DNA from: an uncultured Chloroflexia bacterium
GTDB taxonomy: Bacteria; Chloroflexota; Limnocylindria; Limnocylindrales; CSP1-4
DNA: 64,000 bases
Direction of reading: 5' to 3'
NCBI GenBank assembly: GCA_963734535.1
Contig: CAVTHS010000003.1
Span: 64,001 to 128,000 of the forward strand
Shown: piece after piece, positions 36,258 through 47,369 of the stretch
Position numbering within the stretch: position 1 is the stretch's first letter
How the letters are laid out: each line of letters opens with the position of its first letter
Program-made: the position numbers and the translations under genes
The notes under the pieces: model-generated
Told to the model about the DNA's origin: nothing
Seen by the model: the letters and a program-made list of their open reading frames with translations, nothing else
Databases searched by the model: none

Positions 36258-37358
36258 ATGCGCGAGCTGCTCGAAACGATCCGGGAATGGCAGTCCGAGG
36301 GCGCCACGCTGGGCCGCGCCGTCGTCGTGCGGACCTTCGGCTCGGCGCCACGTCCGGAGGGCGCGAGCCTGGTCGTGACGGCAGACGGGCGGCTGGCCGG
36401 GAGCGTTTCGGGCGGCTGCGTGGAGGGCGCCGCGTTCCAGGAGATCCAGGCCGCGCGGGCCGCCGGCGTCAGCCGCGTGATCCGGTACGGGATCAGCGAC
36501 GAGCAGGCGTGGGACGTGGGCCTCGCCTGCGGCGGCACGATCGACGTCCTCGTCGAGCCGTACGTCAGGCCGGAGGTCGTGGCGGCAGCAGGCCTGCGCG
36601 CCGGCTCCGTGGTGGTGATCCCGCTCCCCGCAGATGCGCCCCCCGCCGCGTTCGGGCCGCATCCGCCCGGGGCCGGCGAACTGCCGGGCGCGTCACTCTC
36701 CGTCGCCGCCGATGGGAGCCTCGCGGGCACGACCGGCGTGCCGGAGGTGGACGCGGCGATCGCCCAGGCGGCGCGGACGCTGCTTGCGCGCGGGGGCTCG
36801 GCCACCGTGACGGCAGCCGGGCGGCAGTTCTTCCTGGAGGGCTACCCGGCGGCGCCGCGCCTGGTGATCGTCGGCGCGGTCCAGGTCGCGATGCCGCTGG
36901 CGCGGATGGCTCGCGAGCTCGGCTACGAGACCGTGGTCGTGGACGGGCGGGCCGCGTTTGCCACTCCCGAACGCTTCCCGGACGTCGATCGCCTGGTCGT
37001 GGGATGGCCGGACGAGGTGGCCGACGACATCGGCCTCGGCCCGACCGACGCGGTCGCCGTGCTCACCCACGACGTGAAGTTCGACGAGCCGGCCATCATC
37101 GAGGGCCTGCGGCGCGGCTGTCGCTATGTCGGCGCGGTCGGCTCGAAGAAGACGCAGGCGGATCGGCGCGCGCGCCTCCAGGAAGCCGGGGTGACCGATG
37201 CCGAGCTGGCCCGGCTGCGCGGCCCGATCGGGCTCGACCTGGGTGGGCGCGCGCCGGCCGAAACGGCGCTCGCGATCATGGCCGAGGTCGTCGCGGAACG
37301 GTATGGAGGATCCGGCGTCCCGATGCGGGTCCTGGCGCCAGCGGTCGCGACGGGGTGA
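36258..37358 (+). CDS. XdhC/CoxI-family Moco chaperone
   Basis: GSAPRPEG, GSVSGGCVEG, GLACGG, YVGAVGS and GPIGLDLGG..ETALAIMAE. Confidence 0.9.
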   Translation: MRELLETIREWQSEGATLGRAVVVRTFGSAPRPEGASLVVTADGRLAGSVSGGCVEGAAFQEIQAARAAGVSRVIRYGISDEQAWDVGLACGGTIDVLVEPYVRPEVVAAAGLRAGSVVVIPLPADAPPAAFGPHPPGAGELPGASLSVAADGSLAGTTGVPEVDAAIAQAARTLLARGGSATVTAAGRQFFLEGYPAAPRLVIVGAVQVAMPLARMARELGYETVVVDGRAAFATPERFPDVDRLVVGWPDEVADDIGLGPTDAVAVLTHDVKFDEPAIIEGLRRGCRYVGAVGSKKTQADRRARLQEAGVTDAELARLRGPIGLDLGGRAPAETALAIMAEVVAERYGGSGVPMRVLAPAVATG

Positions 37359-37987
37359 TCCCGGTCGCCGAAACCGCGGCCGTCATCCTCGCCGCGGGCG
37401 CCGGCTCGCGCTTCGGCGGCGGGAAGATCCGGGCACCCCTCGACGGGCGTCCGCTTCTCGCGCACGTGCTCGCGGCCGTGCGGGAGGCGGGAATCGGACG
37501 CGTGGTCGTCGTGCTCGGGCGAGATGCAGGGGCCGTCGTGTCTGCGCTGCGGGCGGACACGCCAGCTGCGCTTGACCGGGTCCTCGTGGCCGTCAACCCG
37601 GAGCCCGAACGCGGGCTCGCCACCTCGCTCGCGATCGGGCTCGGTCCGGCCACGGCCGCTCCGGCGCCGGCCGGCGTGCTCATCGTGCTCGGCGACCAGC
37701 CGCGCGTCCGGGCCGAGGTGTTGCGCGCCCTGTGCGACGCGGCGGCGCCCGCGAGCGCGGTCGCCGTCGTGCCCCGCTACGAAGCGGATGCAGCGCCGAA
37801 CCCGGTCCTGCTGCTGCCGGCCGGCTGGCCGCTGGTCGCGCGGTTGGCCGGCGACCGCGGGCTCGGCCCGTTGCTCGCCGCGGATCCTGGCACGGTCGTC
37901 CGGGTGCCGGTCCCCGGCGCGAACCCCGACGTCGACACGCCCGCCGACCTGGCGGAGCTGGCGTCGACACCGGTGCCGCTGACATGA
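37355..37987 (+). CDS. mocA: Molybdenum cofactor cytidylyltransferase (MocA-like)
   Basis: ILAAGAGSRFGGGK, LGDQP, GDRG and DVDTPAD; CO dehydrogenase uses the MCD cofactor. Confidence 0.85.
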   Translation: MIPVAETAAVILAAGAGSRFGGGKIRAPLDGRPLLAHVLAAVREAGIGRVVVVLGRDAGAVVSALRADTPAALDRVLVAVNPEPERGLATSLAIGLGPATAAPAPAGVLIVLGDQPRVRAEVLRALCDAAAPASAVAVVPRYEADAAPNPVLLLPAGWPLVARLAGDRGLGPLLAADPGTVVRVPVPGANPDVDTPADLAELASTPVPLT

Positions 37988-38844
37988 CCGCTACGGACGC
38001 GCCCCTGGGTTCGGCCGGGCTCATCGACGCGTGGGCCGCGCGAGTTCGTGCAAACCGCGAGCAGTCGGAGCGCGTCCGCGAGGCACCCGAGCCCGGCGAC
38101 TTCTACGCGCCGGTCCGGGAGCTCTTCGTGGCCGACCCGCACCGTTCGGACGACCGGACGCTTGACCTGCTCGTCGAGATCGCGCGGCCCGGCGAGACGT
38201 GGCTCGACATCGGGGCCGGGGCGGGCCGCTACGCGCTCCCGCTGGCGCTCCGGGTCCAGGAGGTGATCGCGCTCGACCCGTCGGAGGGCATGCTGGAGGC
38301 GCTGCGGCTCGGCATGGCAGAGCACGGGATTCGCAACGTTTCGCCGGTCCACGCGCGGTGGCCGCTGGACGCGGGGGCCGGGAGCCACCACCTGGCCGAC
38401 GTCGCCCTCATCGCCCACCTTGGCTACGACGTGGAGCGGATCGGGGAGTTCCTGGATGCGATGGAGGCCGCCGCCGGGCGGCTCTGCGTGGCCATCCTCG
38501 CGGAACGGGTGCCCTCCGCCCCGGCCGGACCGTTCTGGCCGGTCGTCCACGGGGAGGAGCGCGCCGAGCTCCCCGCCCTCCCGCAGCTCCTGGCCATCCT
38601 TCGCGCGCGGGGCAGGCGGCCGGCGATCACATACGCGGCACGGCAGCGGCGCGGCTTCGCGTCGCGGGATGCGCTCCTCGCCTGGCTGCGCAACCAGCTC
38701 TTCGTGGTCCCGGGTTCGGCCGCGGACGGGCGCCTCATGGCGGAGCTCGACCGGAGGACGGTGGCAGCGGGCGACGGCAGCGTCAACCTGGTGCCGGCGA
38801 TCGACACGCGGGTCGGAATCGTCCGCTGGACGCCGCGCGCCTGA
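37984..38844 (+). CDS. Class I SAM-dependent methyltransferase
   Basis: WLDIGAGAGRYA and ALDPSEGML; ATGA overlap with the mocA-like gene. Confidence 0.85.
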   Translation: MTATDAPLGSAGLIDAWAARVRANREQSERVREAPEPGDFYAPVRELFVADPHRSDDRTLDLLVEIARPGETWLDIGAGAGRYALPLALRVQEVIALDPSEGMLEALRLGMAEHGIRNVSPVHARWPLDAGAGSHHLADVALIAHLGYDVERIGEFLDAMEAAAGRLCVAILAERVPSAPAGPFWPVVHGEERAELPALPQLLAILRARGRRPAITYAARQRRGFASRDALLAWLRNQLFVVPGSAADGRLMAELDRRTVAAGDGSVNLVPAIDTRVGIVRWTPRA

Positions 38845-39068
38845 CGCGAACGGGTCTGCTTATGGACCCTGTGGAAATCGTTTGGACAACAAGTCCCATC
38901 TGGCACATCCCCGCGTGCCGATCGGCCCAGTTTCTGCGACACTCCGGCACCACATTCCGTCACTGGAGTGCAACCGGTCAGAACCCGTGTCACACGCGAT
39001 CCCCCGGCGCCAACCCGCGCCGCCGCGTCCCCGACCCACGTGACCCGAACGCAGGGTGAGGTTCCGCG

Positions 39069-39935
39069 ATGATTCCTGCCGCATTCGACTACGCCCGACC
39101 GAGCAGTCTCGATGAGGCGCTCCGGCTGCTGCACGATCGCGAGGGCGAGGCGAAGGTCCTTGCCGGCGGATACAGCCTGATCCCGCTGCTGCGCTACCGG
39201 CTCGCGCAGCCGGGGCTCCTCGTGGACATCGGCAACCTCGACGATCTCGCCTATGTCCGCGAGGCGGGCGGCCAGCTCCAGATCGGCGCGCGGACGACGC
39301 ACCACCAGCTGGAGCAGAGCGAGCTGGTCCGGCGCTCCGGTCTCTGGTCCGATGCCGCGGGTGGGATCGGCGATCCACAGGTTCGCAACTGGGGGACGCT
39401 GGGCGGCTCCGTTGCCCACGCGGATCCCTCTTCCGATTGGCCCGCGGTCCTGCTGGCGAGCCGCGCCTCCGTCGTGGTCCGCGACCTCGAGCGGGAGCGG
39501 GTGATCCCGGCCCGGGAATTCTTCCTGGACACGTTCGTCACGGCCATCGAGCCCACCGAGATCCTGACCGAGGTCCGCGTCCCGCTGCCGCCGCCCCGCA
39601 CGGGCGGCGCGTATGAGAAGACGGAGCGCAAGGCTGGCGACTTCGCGACGGCCGCTGCAGCCGTGCAGGTGACCCTCGACTCGGGCGGGGCGATCACCGC
39701 TGCGGGCGTGGCACTGAGTGCCGTTTCGGACACCCCCTTCGTGCTGCTGGCCGCGGAGGCGACGCTCGTCGGCGCCCATGCGTCGCCGGAGCTCGAGTCG
39801 AGCGTTCGGCGGGCCGCGGCGGACGGATCCAACCCCACGCGAGATGGCCACGGGCCCGTCGACTACAAGCGCGCGATGGCCGGCGAGATGGCTGTTCGAG
39901 CGCTCCGCCGCGCCCTGGCTCGCGCCGGCGCCTGA
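39069..39935 (+). CDS. coxM: Aerobic CO dehydrogenase medium (FAD) subunit
   Basis: [41 protein letters not shown] and RKAGDFA. Confidence 0.93.
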   Translation: MIPAAFDYARPSSLDEALRLLHDREGEAKVLAGGYSLIPLLRYRLAQPGLLVDIGNLDDLAYVREAGGQLQIGARTTHHQLEQSELVRRSGLWSDAAGGIGDPQVRNWGTLGGSVAHADPSSDWPAVLLASRASVVVRDLERERVIPAREFFLDTFVTAIEPTEILTEVRVPLPPPRTGGAYEKTERKAGDFATAAAAVQVTLDSGGAITAAGVALSAVSDTPFVLLAAEATLVGAHASPELESSVRRAAADGSNPTRDGHGPVDYKRAMAGEMAVRALRRALARAGA

Positions 39936-39952
39936 CGAGGGGGACGAGAGAG

Positions 39953-40462
<510 letters not shown>

Positions 40463-40471
40463 GGGGCTGCC

Positions 40472-42850
40472 ATGACGAACAACCTCGTTCAGCCGACCAC
40501 CACGACCTTCGAGGTCGGCGGGATGGGCCACTCCGTCAGGCGGCGCGAGGACCCCCGGTTCATCCGCGGCCAGGGCCAGTACATCGAGGATGTCAACCTC
40601 AAGAACCAGACCTGGATGTCGATCGTGCGGAGCCCGTACGCGCACGCGACGATCGTGAGCATCGACGCGTCGGCCGCCCTCGCGATGCCGGGCGTCCTTG
40701 CCGTGATCACCGGCCGCGACCTGGAGAAGGCCGGGCTCCACTGGATGCCGACGCTCGCGGGCGACAAGCAGATGGTGCTCCCGACCGATACGGTCATGTA
40801 CCAGGCCCAGGAGGTCGCCGCGGTCATCGCGGAGGATCGCTACGTCGCGGCCGACGCGGCGCTCGCCGTCGTGGTCGAGTACACGCCGCTCCCCGTCGTC
40901 GTCGACCCATTCAAGTCGCTCGAGCCGGACGCGCCGATCCTGCGCCCGGATCGCGGGCCGGACAAGGCCACGAACCGGATCTGGCACTGGGAATCCGGCG
41001 ATCGATCGGCCGCGGACGCCGCACTCGCCGCATCCGATCGGGTCGTCCCGATCGACGTCTACATTCCGCGCATCCACGTCGCATCGATGGAGACGTGCGG
41101 CTGCATCGCCGACTGGGACCCGGTCCGCGCGCATCTCGACTTTCACGTCACGAGCCAGGCGGCGCACGTCTATCGGACGGTCATCAGCCTCGTGTCGGGG
41201 ATCCCGGAATCCAGCATCCGGGTCAAGACGCACGACATCGGCGGCGGCTTCGGCGGGAAGGTGCCGGTCTATCCCGGCTACGTGATCTCGATCGTCGCGT
41301 CGCTGACCCTGGGCCGGCCGGTCAAGTGGATCGAGGCCCGCTCGGAGAACCTGCAGGCCGATTCGTTCGCGCGTGACTACCACATCCACGCGGAGCTCGG
41401 CGTCAACAACGACGGGAAGATCCAGGGCCTGCGTGTCAAGACGCTCGCCGACCACGGCTACACCGACGCGGCGGCCGATCCGTCCAAGTACCCGGCCGGC
41501 CTGTTCAACGTGATCACCGGCTCGTACGTCATGCCCGCCGCGTTCGTCGAGGTGGACGCTGCGTACACCAACAAGCCGCCCGGCGGGGTCGCCTACCGCT
41601 GCTCGTTCCGGGTGACGGAGGCGGTCCACACGATCGAGCGGCTCGTCGACGTGGCGGCAGCCGAGATCGGCATGGACCCGGCCGAATTCCGCTTCAAGAA
41701 CTTCATCCAGCCCGAGCAGTTCCCCTACCACACGCCCACGGGCTGGGACTACGACTCCGGCAACTATCCGGCCGCCCTGCGCAAGGCGATGGACATGATC
41801 GGCTACGAGGATCTGCGCAGGGAACAGCTCGAGAAGCGCGCCCGGGGCGAGCTGATGGGGATCGGGATCAGCTCGTTCACCGAGATCGTCGGCGCCGGCC
41901 CGTCGCATGAGTTCGACATCATCGGCATCAAGATGTTCGACTCCTGCGAGATCCGCGTCCATCCCACGGGTTCGGCCGTCGCCCGGCTCGGCGTCCAGTC
42001 GCAGGGCCAGGGCCACGAGACGACGTTCGCCCAGATCATCGCCGAGGAGCTCGGCATCCCGTCCGACAAGATCACGATCGAGGAGGGCGACACCGACACC
42101 GCGCCGTACGGCCTGGGGACGTACGCGTCCCGGTCCACGCCGGTGGCCGGTGCCGCCACGGCCATCGCCGCCCGCAAGATCCGCGACAAGGCCCGCAAGA
42201 TCGCCGCCCATCTCCTGGAGGCCAGCGAGGACGACCTGGAGTGGACGAACGGGAAGTTCAGCGTGAAGGGCTCCCCGGAGAAGTCGAAGACGATCGCCGA
42301 GATTGCCTTCGCGGCCTACACGAACCTCCCCGCGGGGATGGAGGCCGGCCTCGAAGCGGTCGACTACTACGACCCCCCCAACCTCACCTTTCCGTTCGGC
42401 TCGTACATCTGCGTGGTCGACATCGATCGCGGCACGGGCCAGGTCCACGTCCGCCGCTTCGTCGCGGTGGACGACTGCGGCAACATCATCAACCCGATGA
42501 TCGTGGAGGGACAGATTCACGGCGGGCTGACCATGGGCCTCGCACCCTCGCTGTACGAGGAGATGACGTACGACGAGAACGGCAACAACATGCAGGGCAC
42601 GTTCATGGACTACCTGGTCCCGACGGCCGTGGAGACCCCGGCCTGGGAGACGGGCAAGACCATCACCCCGTCCCCGCATCACCCGATCGGGGCGAAGGGC
42701 GTCGGGGAGTCAGCCACGGTCGGCGCGCCGCCGGCGTTCGCGAACGCGGTCGTCGACGCGCTCTGGCATGCCGGCGTCCGGCACATCGACATCCCGATGA
42801 CCCCCCAGAAGGTCTGGGCCATCCTCAACGAGAAGGGACTCACCGCCTGA
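40472..42850 (+). CDS. coxL: Aerobic Mo-Cu CO dehydrogenase large subunit, form I
   Basis: Form I active-site motif AYRCSFR; [15 protein letters not shown] and GTYASRS; gene order coxMSL. Confidence 0.96.
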   Translation: MTNNLVQPTTTTFEVGGMGHSVRRREDPRFIRGQGQYIEDVNLKNQTWMSIVRSPYAHATIVSIDASAALAMPGVLAVITGRDLEKAGLHWMPTLAGDKQMVLPTDTVMYQAQEVAAVIAEDRYVAADAALAVVVEYTPLPVVVDPFKSLEPDAPILRPDRGPDKATNRIWHWESGDRSAADAALAASDRVVPIDVYIPRIHVASMETCGCIADWDPVRAHLDFHVTSQAAHVYRTVISLVSGIPESSIRVKTHDIGGGFGGKVPVYPGYVISIVASLTLGRPVKWIEARSENLQADSFARDYHIHAELGVNNDGKIQGLRVKTLADHGYTDAAADPSKYPAGLFNVITGSYVMPAAFVEVDAAYTNKPPGGVAYRCSFRVTEAVHTIERLVDVAAAEIGMDPAEFRFKNFIQPEQFPYHTPTGWDYDSGNYPAALRKAMDMIGYEDLRREQLEKRARGELMGIGISSFTEIVGAGPSHEFDIIGIKMFDSCEIRVHPTGSAVARLGVQSQGQGHETTFAQIIAEELGIPSDKITIEEGDTDTAPYGLGTYASRSTPVAGAATAIAARKIRDKARKIAAHLLEASEDDLEWTNGKFSVKGSPEKSKTIAEIAFAAYTNLPAGMEAGLEAVDYYDPPNLTFPFGSYICVVDIDRGTGQVHVRRFVAVDDCGNIINPMIVEGQIHGGLTMGLAPSLYEEMTYDENGNNMQGTFMDYLVPTAVETPAWETGKTITPSPHHPIGAKGVGESATVGAPPAFANAVVDALWHAGVRHIDIPMTPQKVWAILNEKGLTA

Positions 42851-43938
42851 TGAGCAGCCCGGCCGCCGGGATCCTCGCGCGTGCGGCCGACCTCGCCGGG
42901 GCCGGCCGCCCGTTCGTCCTCGCCACGGTCGTCGCGATCGCGCGCCCGACCTCGGCGAAACCCGGGGCGCGCGGGATCATCCACCCCGACGGAACCATCG
43001 AGGGGTGGGTAGGGGGGAGCTGCGCGCAGCCGTCCGTCATCGCCGAGGCGCTCCGCGCCCTGGCCGATGGCGAACCCCGGCTGCTCCGCCTGTCGGCGGA
43101 GCAGCCGACCGAGTCGCGCCGTGCCGACGGGATCATCGATCTGGTCATGACCTGCCACTCGGGCGGAACGCTGGAGATCTTCATCGAGCCGCAGATGCCG
43201 GCGCCCGAGCTGTGGGTGGTCGGCGTCACCCCGATCGCACGGTCGCTCGCGGAGCTCGGCATGCGGGCCGGCTGGCAGGTCACCGCGATCGATCCGTCGG
43301 CGAGCGGCGACCTCTTCCCGGACGGCGTCCGGGTCCATGCCGCCCGCGACTTCACCGGGCTCGACGCGCTCGGGTCTCCGTACGTGGTCGTTGCGAGCCA
43401 GGGCCAGTGGGACGAGGAGGCGCTCGTCGCCGCATTGGGCCGGGACATCGCGTACCTGGGCCTCGTGGCGAGCGCGCGGCGCGCAGCCGCGGTGGCCGAG
43501 TACCTGGAGCTCGTGGGCGTGCCGGCCGAGCGGCGGGCGGCCCTTCGGGCTCCCTGCGGCCTCGACCTCGGCGCCGTTGGCGCCGCGGAGGTGGCCGTGT
43601 CGGTCCTCGCCGAGCTCGTGCAGGTGCGTCGCGGCCGGGCCCGGTTCGTGGCGATGCCCGGACCGGCGACGCTGGCGGGCTCCGCTCCCGCCTCGGTCAC
43701 CGCCTCCGCGACACGCGCGACATTCGCGGCACCCGAACCTGCCGCGGCGCCAGCAGCGTCGCCCGAGGTGGGCGCGGGCGAGGAGATCATCCTCGTCGAT
43801 CCGGTCTGCGGGATGCACGTGGACCCTGCCGACGTGCGCCACATCGCGGACCATGAGGGCCGGACGTACGCGTTCTGCTGCGCGGGCTGTCGGACGCGGT
43901 TCGCCAAGAACCCGGCGCGCTACCTCGCGCTGGCCTGA
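42850..43938 (+). CDS. CoxF/XdhC-family protein fused to a C-terminal YHS/TRASH metal-binding domain
   Basis: GWVGGSCAQP, MTCHSGG, APCGLDLG; C-terminal DPVCGMHV..YAFCCAGCRTRF. Confidence 0.9.
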   Translation: MSSPAAGILARAADLAGAGRPFVLATVVAIARPTSAKPGARGIIHPDGTIEGWVGGSCAQPSVIAEALRALADGEPRLLRLSAEQPTESRRADGIIDLVMTCHSGGTLEIFIEPQMPAPELWVVGVTPIARSLAELGMRAGWQVTAIDPSASGDLFPDGVRVHAARDFTGLDALGSPYVVVASQGQWDEEALVAALGRDIAYLGLVASARRAAAVAEYLELVGVPAERRAALRAPCGLDLGAVGAAEVAVSVLAELVQVRRGRARFVAMPGPATLAGSAPASVTASATRATFAAPEPAAAPAASPEVGAGEEIILVDPVCGMHVDPADVRHIADHEGRTYAFCCAGCRTRFAKNPARYLALA

Positions 43939-43962
43939 CAGCTCGTATCGAGGAGCCGCCGT

Positions 43963-44403
43963 ATGAAGTTCGAGGGCCGCGTCGAGATCAAGGCCCCGCG
44001 CCCGAAGGTCTGGGCGTTCGTCACCGATCCGGACCAGATCGCGAGCTGCGGGCCGGGCGTGCAGTCGATCGAGAAGCTCGACGGCGGCCGCTTCCGGGCG
44101 CACGCGAAGGTCGGCGTGGGCTTCATCAGCGCGAAGTTCGTGGTCAATGCCGAGTTCTCGGAGGTCCACGAGCCGGACGATGCCACCGTGCTGGTGCACG
44201 GCCAGGCGCCCGGGACCGCGGTCGACGCCACCGCGAAGATGGTCCTGACGGACGGCGCCGAGGGCGCGACCGTGATGGACTGGGCGGCCGACGTCACGAT
44301 CTCGGGGACGCTCGCCAGCGTCGGCGCGCGAATGATCGACGGCACCGCGAACAAGATGATCGGCCAGACCTTCGACTGCATCAGGACGAAGCTGGAGGCC
44401 TGA
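43963..44403 (+). CDS. coxG: CO dehydrogenase accessory subunit G (SRPBCC fold)
   Basis: VWAFVTDP..CGPG and GTLASVGARMI; located in the cox cluster. Confidence 0.9.
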   Translation: MKFEGRVEIKAPRPKVWAFVTDPDQIASCGPGVQSIEKLDGGRFRAHAKVGVGFISAKFVVNAEFSEVHEPDDATVLVHGQAPGTAVDATAKMVLTDGAEGATVMDWAADVTISGTLASVGARMIDGTANKMIGQTFDCIRTKLEA

Positions 44404-44439
44404 CCGGCAGCCACGCCGCGCCCCCGAGGCGATCCCGCC

Positions 44440-45165
44440 ATGGAGCTGGTCACCCGCGCCATCGGCCCGCTGCAGACCAACGTCTGCCTGGTCGGCGATC
44501 CGCGGACCCGCGAGGCGATCGTCATCGACGGCGCGATCCCGGGTCTGCCCTGGGTTGTCGCCGAGCTCCGGCGCCGCGACTGGCGCCTGCTCCTCATCGT
44601 CTCGACCCACGGCCACTGGGATCACACGGGCGAGAACGCCGCGCTCCAGGCGTGGTCGCTGGAGCAGGCGGAGGATGCGGTCTTCACCGAGGCGGCCGGC
44701 GGTGGCGATGCGGTTCCGCGCGGCGCAGGCGCGGCGAGGACGGCCGGCGCCGAGATCGCCGCCCATCGTGCCGACTGGCACCGCCTGACCGATCCGCAGC
44801 CGCTCTTCGCGCCCTTCCCGATCCCGCCGTGCGTCCCCGCCGTGGAGCTCGCGGAAGGCGGCGTTGTTCGCGTCGGCGACGTCAGCCTCCAGGTCCTTCA
44901 CACCCCCGGCCATACCGAGGGTTCGGTCTGCCTCCTGTCGGCCGAGGACGGCATCCTCTTCTCCGGCGACACCCTGTTCGCCGGCGGATGGGGCAGGGTC
45001 GATCTCCCGGGTGGCGACGCGGCCGCGATGGCGGACTCGCTCGCCCGGCTGGCCGGGCTGAACGATGCGCTCCGCGTGATGCCGGGCCACGGGCGGGAGA
45101 CGACGATCGCGCGGGAACGGCCCCTCCTGGAGCTGATCGCGCGGGAGCACCGGCTGCCCGGGTAG
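44440..45165 (+). CDS. Metallo-beta-lactamase-fold hydrolase (glyoxalase II/YcbL-like)
   Basis: THGHWDH, HTPGHTEG, FSGDTLF, GRVDLPGG and PGHG. Confidence 0.9.
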   Translation: MELVTRAIGPLQTNVCLVGDPRTREAIVIDGAIPGLPWVVAELRRRDWRLLLIVSTHGHWDHTGENAALQAWSLEQAEDAVFTEAAGGGDAVPRGAGAARTAGAEIAAHRADWHRLTDPQPLFAPFPIPPCVPAVELAEGGVVRVGDVSLQVLHTPGHTEGSVCLLSAEDGILFSGDTLFAGGWGRVDLPGGDAAAMADSLARLAGLNDALRVMPGHGRETTIARERPLLELIAREHRLPG

Positions 45166-45195
45166 CCTGCCTCACCTCCGCCGCGAGTGCCCGGG

Positions 45196-46329
45196 TCAGC
45201 GCCCCCATTCCCCGCGTTTGGCCCTGGCCTGGGCGGCGCCGGCCCGGCCGATGACCGTCCACCGCCTCCGCTCGGCCCGCCGTGCGATCACGTCACGCTC
45301 AATGGCCTGGTGTCGCTCCTCGCGGATGAGCTTGTGCCAGCTCGCCACCCGGTCGGGCGCCAGCGCGCCGCTCTCCACCGCGGCCTCGATCGCGCAGCCC
45401 GGCTGGCGCTCGTGCGTGCAGTCGCTGAACCGGCACCCGGCGGCCGTCGTCTCCACGTCGAGGAAGGCCGCGGCCAGCCCGGCGCCGTCGTCCCACAGCG
45501 CCAGCTCACGGATGCCCGGCGTGTCGAGCAGCAGCCCGCCGCCGGGAAGCGGCACCAGCTGGCGGCCGCTCGTCGTGTGCCGGCCGCGAGCGTCGTCCTC
45601 CCGGACCTCGCGGGTGGCCAGGCGATGCTCGCCGAGAATCGCGTTGATGAGCGTGCTCTTGCCCACGCCCGACGAGCCCAGGAGCGCGATCGTGATCCCC
45701 GGCAGCAGGAGCGCGCGGACGGCGTCGAGCCCGTCCCCGGTCACCGCGCTGGTCGGGAGCACCCGCACGCCGACGGCGAGCTCCTCGATCTGGGCCTCCG
45801 CGACGGCAACCTCGACCGGGTTGGTGGCGAGGTCGACCTTGGTGAGGACGACGATGGGACGGCCGCCCGACTCCCAGGCGGTCGCGAGGAACCGCTCCAG
45901 GCGCCGCGCGTTGAGATCGCGGTTCAGGGAGGTCGCGATCATCACGATGTCGACGTTCGCGGCCAGGATCTGCATCGGGGCGCCGTGGTCGGCCGGCGCG
46001 CGGCGCTGGATGCGGGTCCGTCGCGGGACCACGGCGTGGATGCTCGCCGTGCCATCGCCGGCGCGAAGATCGGTCGCGACCCAGTCGCCGACGACAGGAA
46101 AGTCGCCCGGACCAAGGGCGTCGTGCCGCAGGCGCCCCGTGACGCGCCCGGTGAGCGGGGCGGCACCCGTCGCGGCAAGGACCTCGTACGCGCCGCGGTG
46201 CTCCGCCACGACGCGCGCCGGCGAGAGGCCAGCGGCTGCGTGCGCGGCGAAGGCAGCGTCCCAGGCGCCATCCCAGCCGAGCGGAGCGATGTCGGCGGTG
46301 CCGGCGAGGCGTCCCAGCGGCGCGCTCAC
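45196..46329 (-). CDS. rsgA: Ribosome small subunit-dependent GTPase
   Basis: VVGDWV, AANVD, LTKVD, GSSGVGKSTLIN, GRHTT, DTPGIRE and Zn site CRFSDCTH..PGC. GTG overlaps the GNAT stop. Confidence 0.93.
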   Translation of the reverse strand: MSAPLGRLAGTADIAPLGWDGAWDAAFAAHAAAGLSPARVVAEHRGAYEVLAATGAAPLTGRVTGRLRHDALGPGDFPVVGDWVATDLRAGDGTASIHAVVPRRTRIQRRAPADHGAPMQILAANVDIVMIATSLNRDLNARRLERFLATAWESGGRPIVVLTKVDLATNPVEVAVAEAQIEELAVGVRVLPTSAVTGDGLDAVRALLLPGITIALLGSSGVGKSTLINAILGEHRLATREVREDDARGRHTTSGRQLVPLPGGGLLLDTPGIRELALWDDGAGLAAAFLDVETTAAGCRFSDCTHERQPGCAIEAAVESGALAPDRVASWHKLIREERHQAIERDVIARRAERRRWTVIGRAGAAQARAKRGEWGR

Positions 46330-47366
46330 GCCACCCCTCCATCGTTCGCGATGCCGTCGAGGACGAGCGGGCGCCGCCACTCCGTCTCGCGCGCGGCCTG
46401 GCGGAAGCCCATCCGCTCGTAGAGGCGAAGGGCGCCGGTCTCGTTCTGGGCGTCGACGCCGAGCGCCGCCTGGGTCATGCCTCGATCGCGAAGTGCATGC
46501 AGCGCGCGCGAGATCAACGCCGATGCCACGCCGCGCCCTCGCCACGCGGCGCGCGTCGAGATGTTCTCGCACCAGCCCCGCGCCACGCCGAGGCGGGCGT
46601 TCTCTTCGGGGTTGATGAACGGGCGCACCATCCCCGCGATCTCGTCACCGTCCCAGGCCACTTGCCACAGGGCAACGTCCTGGAGCGGATCGGTCAGGAA
46701 CTCCTGCCATCGCTCCTCGGACCCGTCCTCCGCGCCGGCGCCCCAGTGCGCGGCGAAGGCTTCGACCTCCGCCTGCCAGATCCGCCGCAGCTGGGAGGTC
46801 TCCGCAGGACGGACCTCCATTCCGGCCGGGAGGGTGCGGTCGGGGATGTCGTCGAGGCTGGGCCGCAGCATCTCGAAGCCGGTGCGGACCGGCAGGAAGC
46901 CGTGCGCGCCGAGAGCGGCGCGGGCCTCTCGTGGCTCGAGCATCGTGGTGATGGCTGCCGTCCGGGGGCGATCCACCGGTCCCTGGCCGCGTGCGATCTC
47001 GAGGTGACGGGCGATGTTCCAGTCCAGCAGGGCCGTGAATGCGCCCGCCGGCGCGTCGGGTGTCACGAACAGGGCGGCCGAATGGACGCGATCGCCCCGG
47101 TTCTCATCGGTCCACTCTACGCGGACGTAGCCAACGGGGCGGCCATCGGCTTCGGCAAGCCGCAGGTCGGCGGCCAGGTCGCTGTTGACGAGGTGAGCGT
47201 AGTCGGTGCGGATCATGTCGACGCTCAACACGAAAAGGCTCCCGCCGGCCAGCCGGCTCGCGTTGTTGACGTCGGCGATGAGCTGGGCCTCCTCCGGCCA
47301 GCGGACCGGTCGAAGGAGGAGCCCGGGAACGGAGGTCGGGATGGTCCCGGCAATGGTGGTCGTCAT
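46326..47366 (-). CDS. Tandem GNAT acetyltransferase
   Basis: C-terminal TRAAWRGRGVASAL and LGVDAQNETGALRLYERMGF; degenerate N-terminal GNAT domain. Confidence 0.88.
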   Translation of the reverse strand: MTTTIAGTIPTSVPGLLLRPVRWPEEAQLIADVNNASRLAGGSLFVLSVDMIRTDYAHLVNSDLAADLRLAEADGRPVGYVRVEWTDENRGDRVHSAALFVTPDAPAGAFTALLDWNIARHLEIARGQGPVDRPRTAAITTMLEPREARAALGAHGFLPVRTGFEMLRPSLDDIPDRTLPAGMEVRPAETSQLRRIWQAEVEAFAAHWGAGAEDGSEERWQEFLTDPLQDVALWQVAWDGDEIAGMVRPFINPEENARLGVARGWCENISTRAAWRGRGVASALISRALHALRDRGMTQAALGVDAQNETGALRLYERMGFRQAARETEWRRPLVLDGIANDGGVA

Positions 47367-47369
47367 GGC

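Noticed and set aside
38901-38916. TGGCAC as a sigma-54 promoter for coxM
   Set aside because: The GG-to-GC spacing is 9 rather than 10, and the TTGC -12 element is missing.
40472-42850. CoxL as a form II or xanthine dehydrogenase-type enzyme
   Set aside because: The active-site loop is AYRCSFR, not AYRGAGR, and the order is M-S-L.
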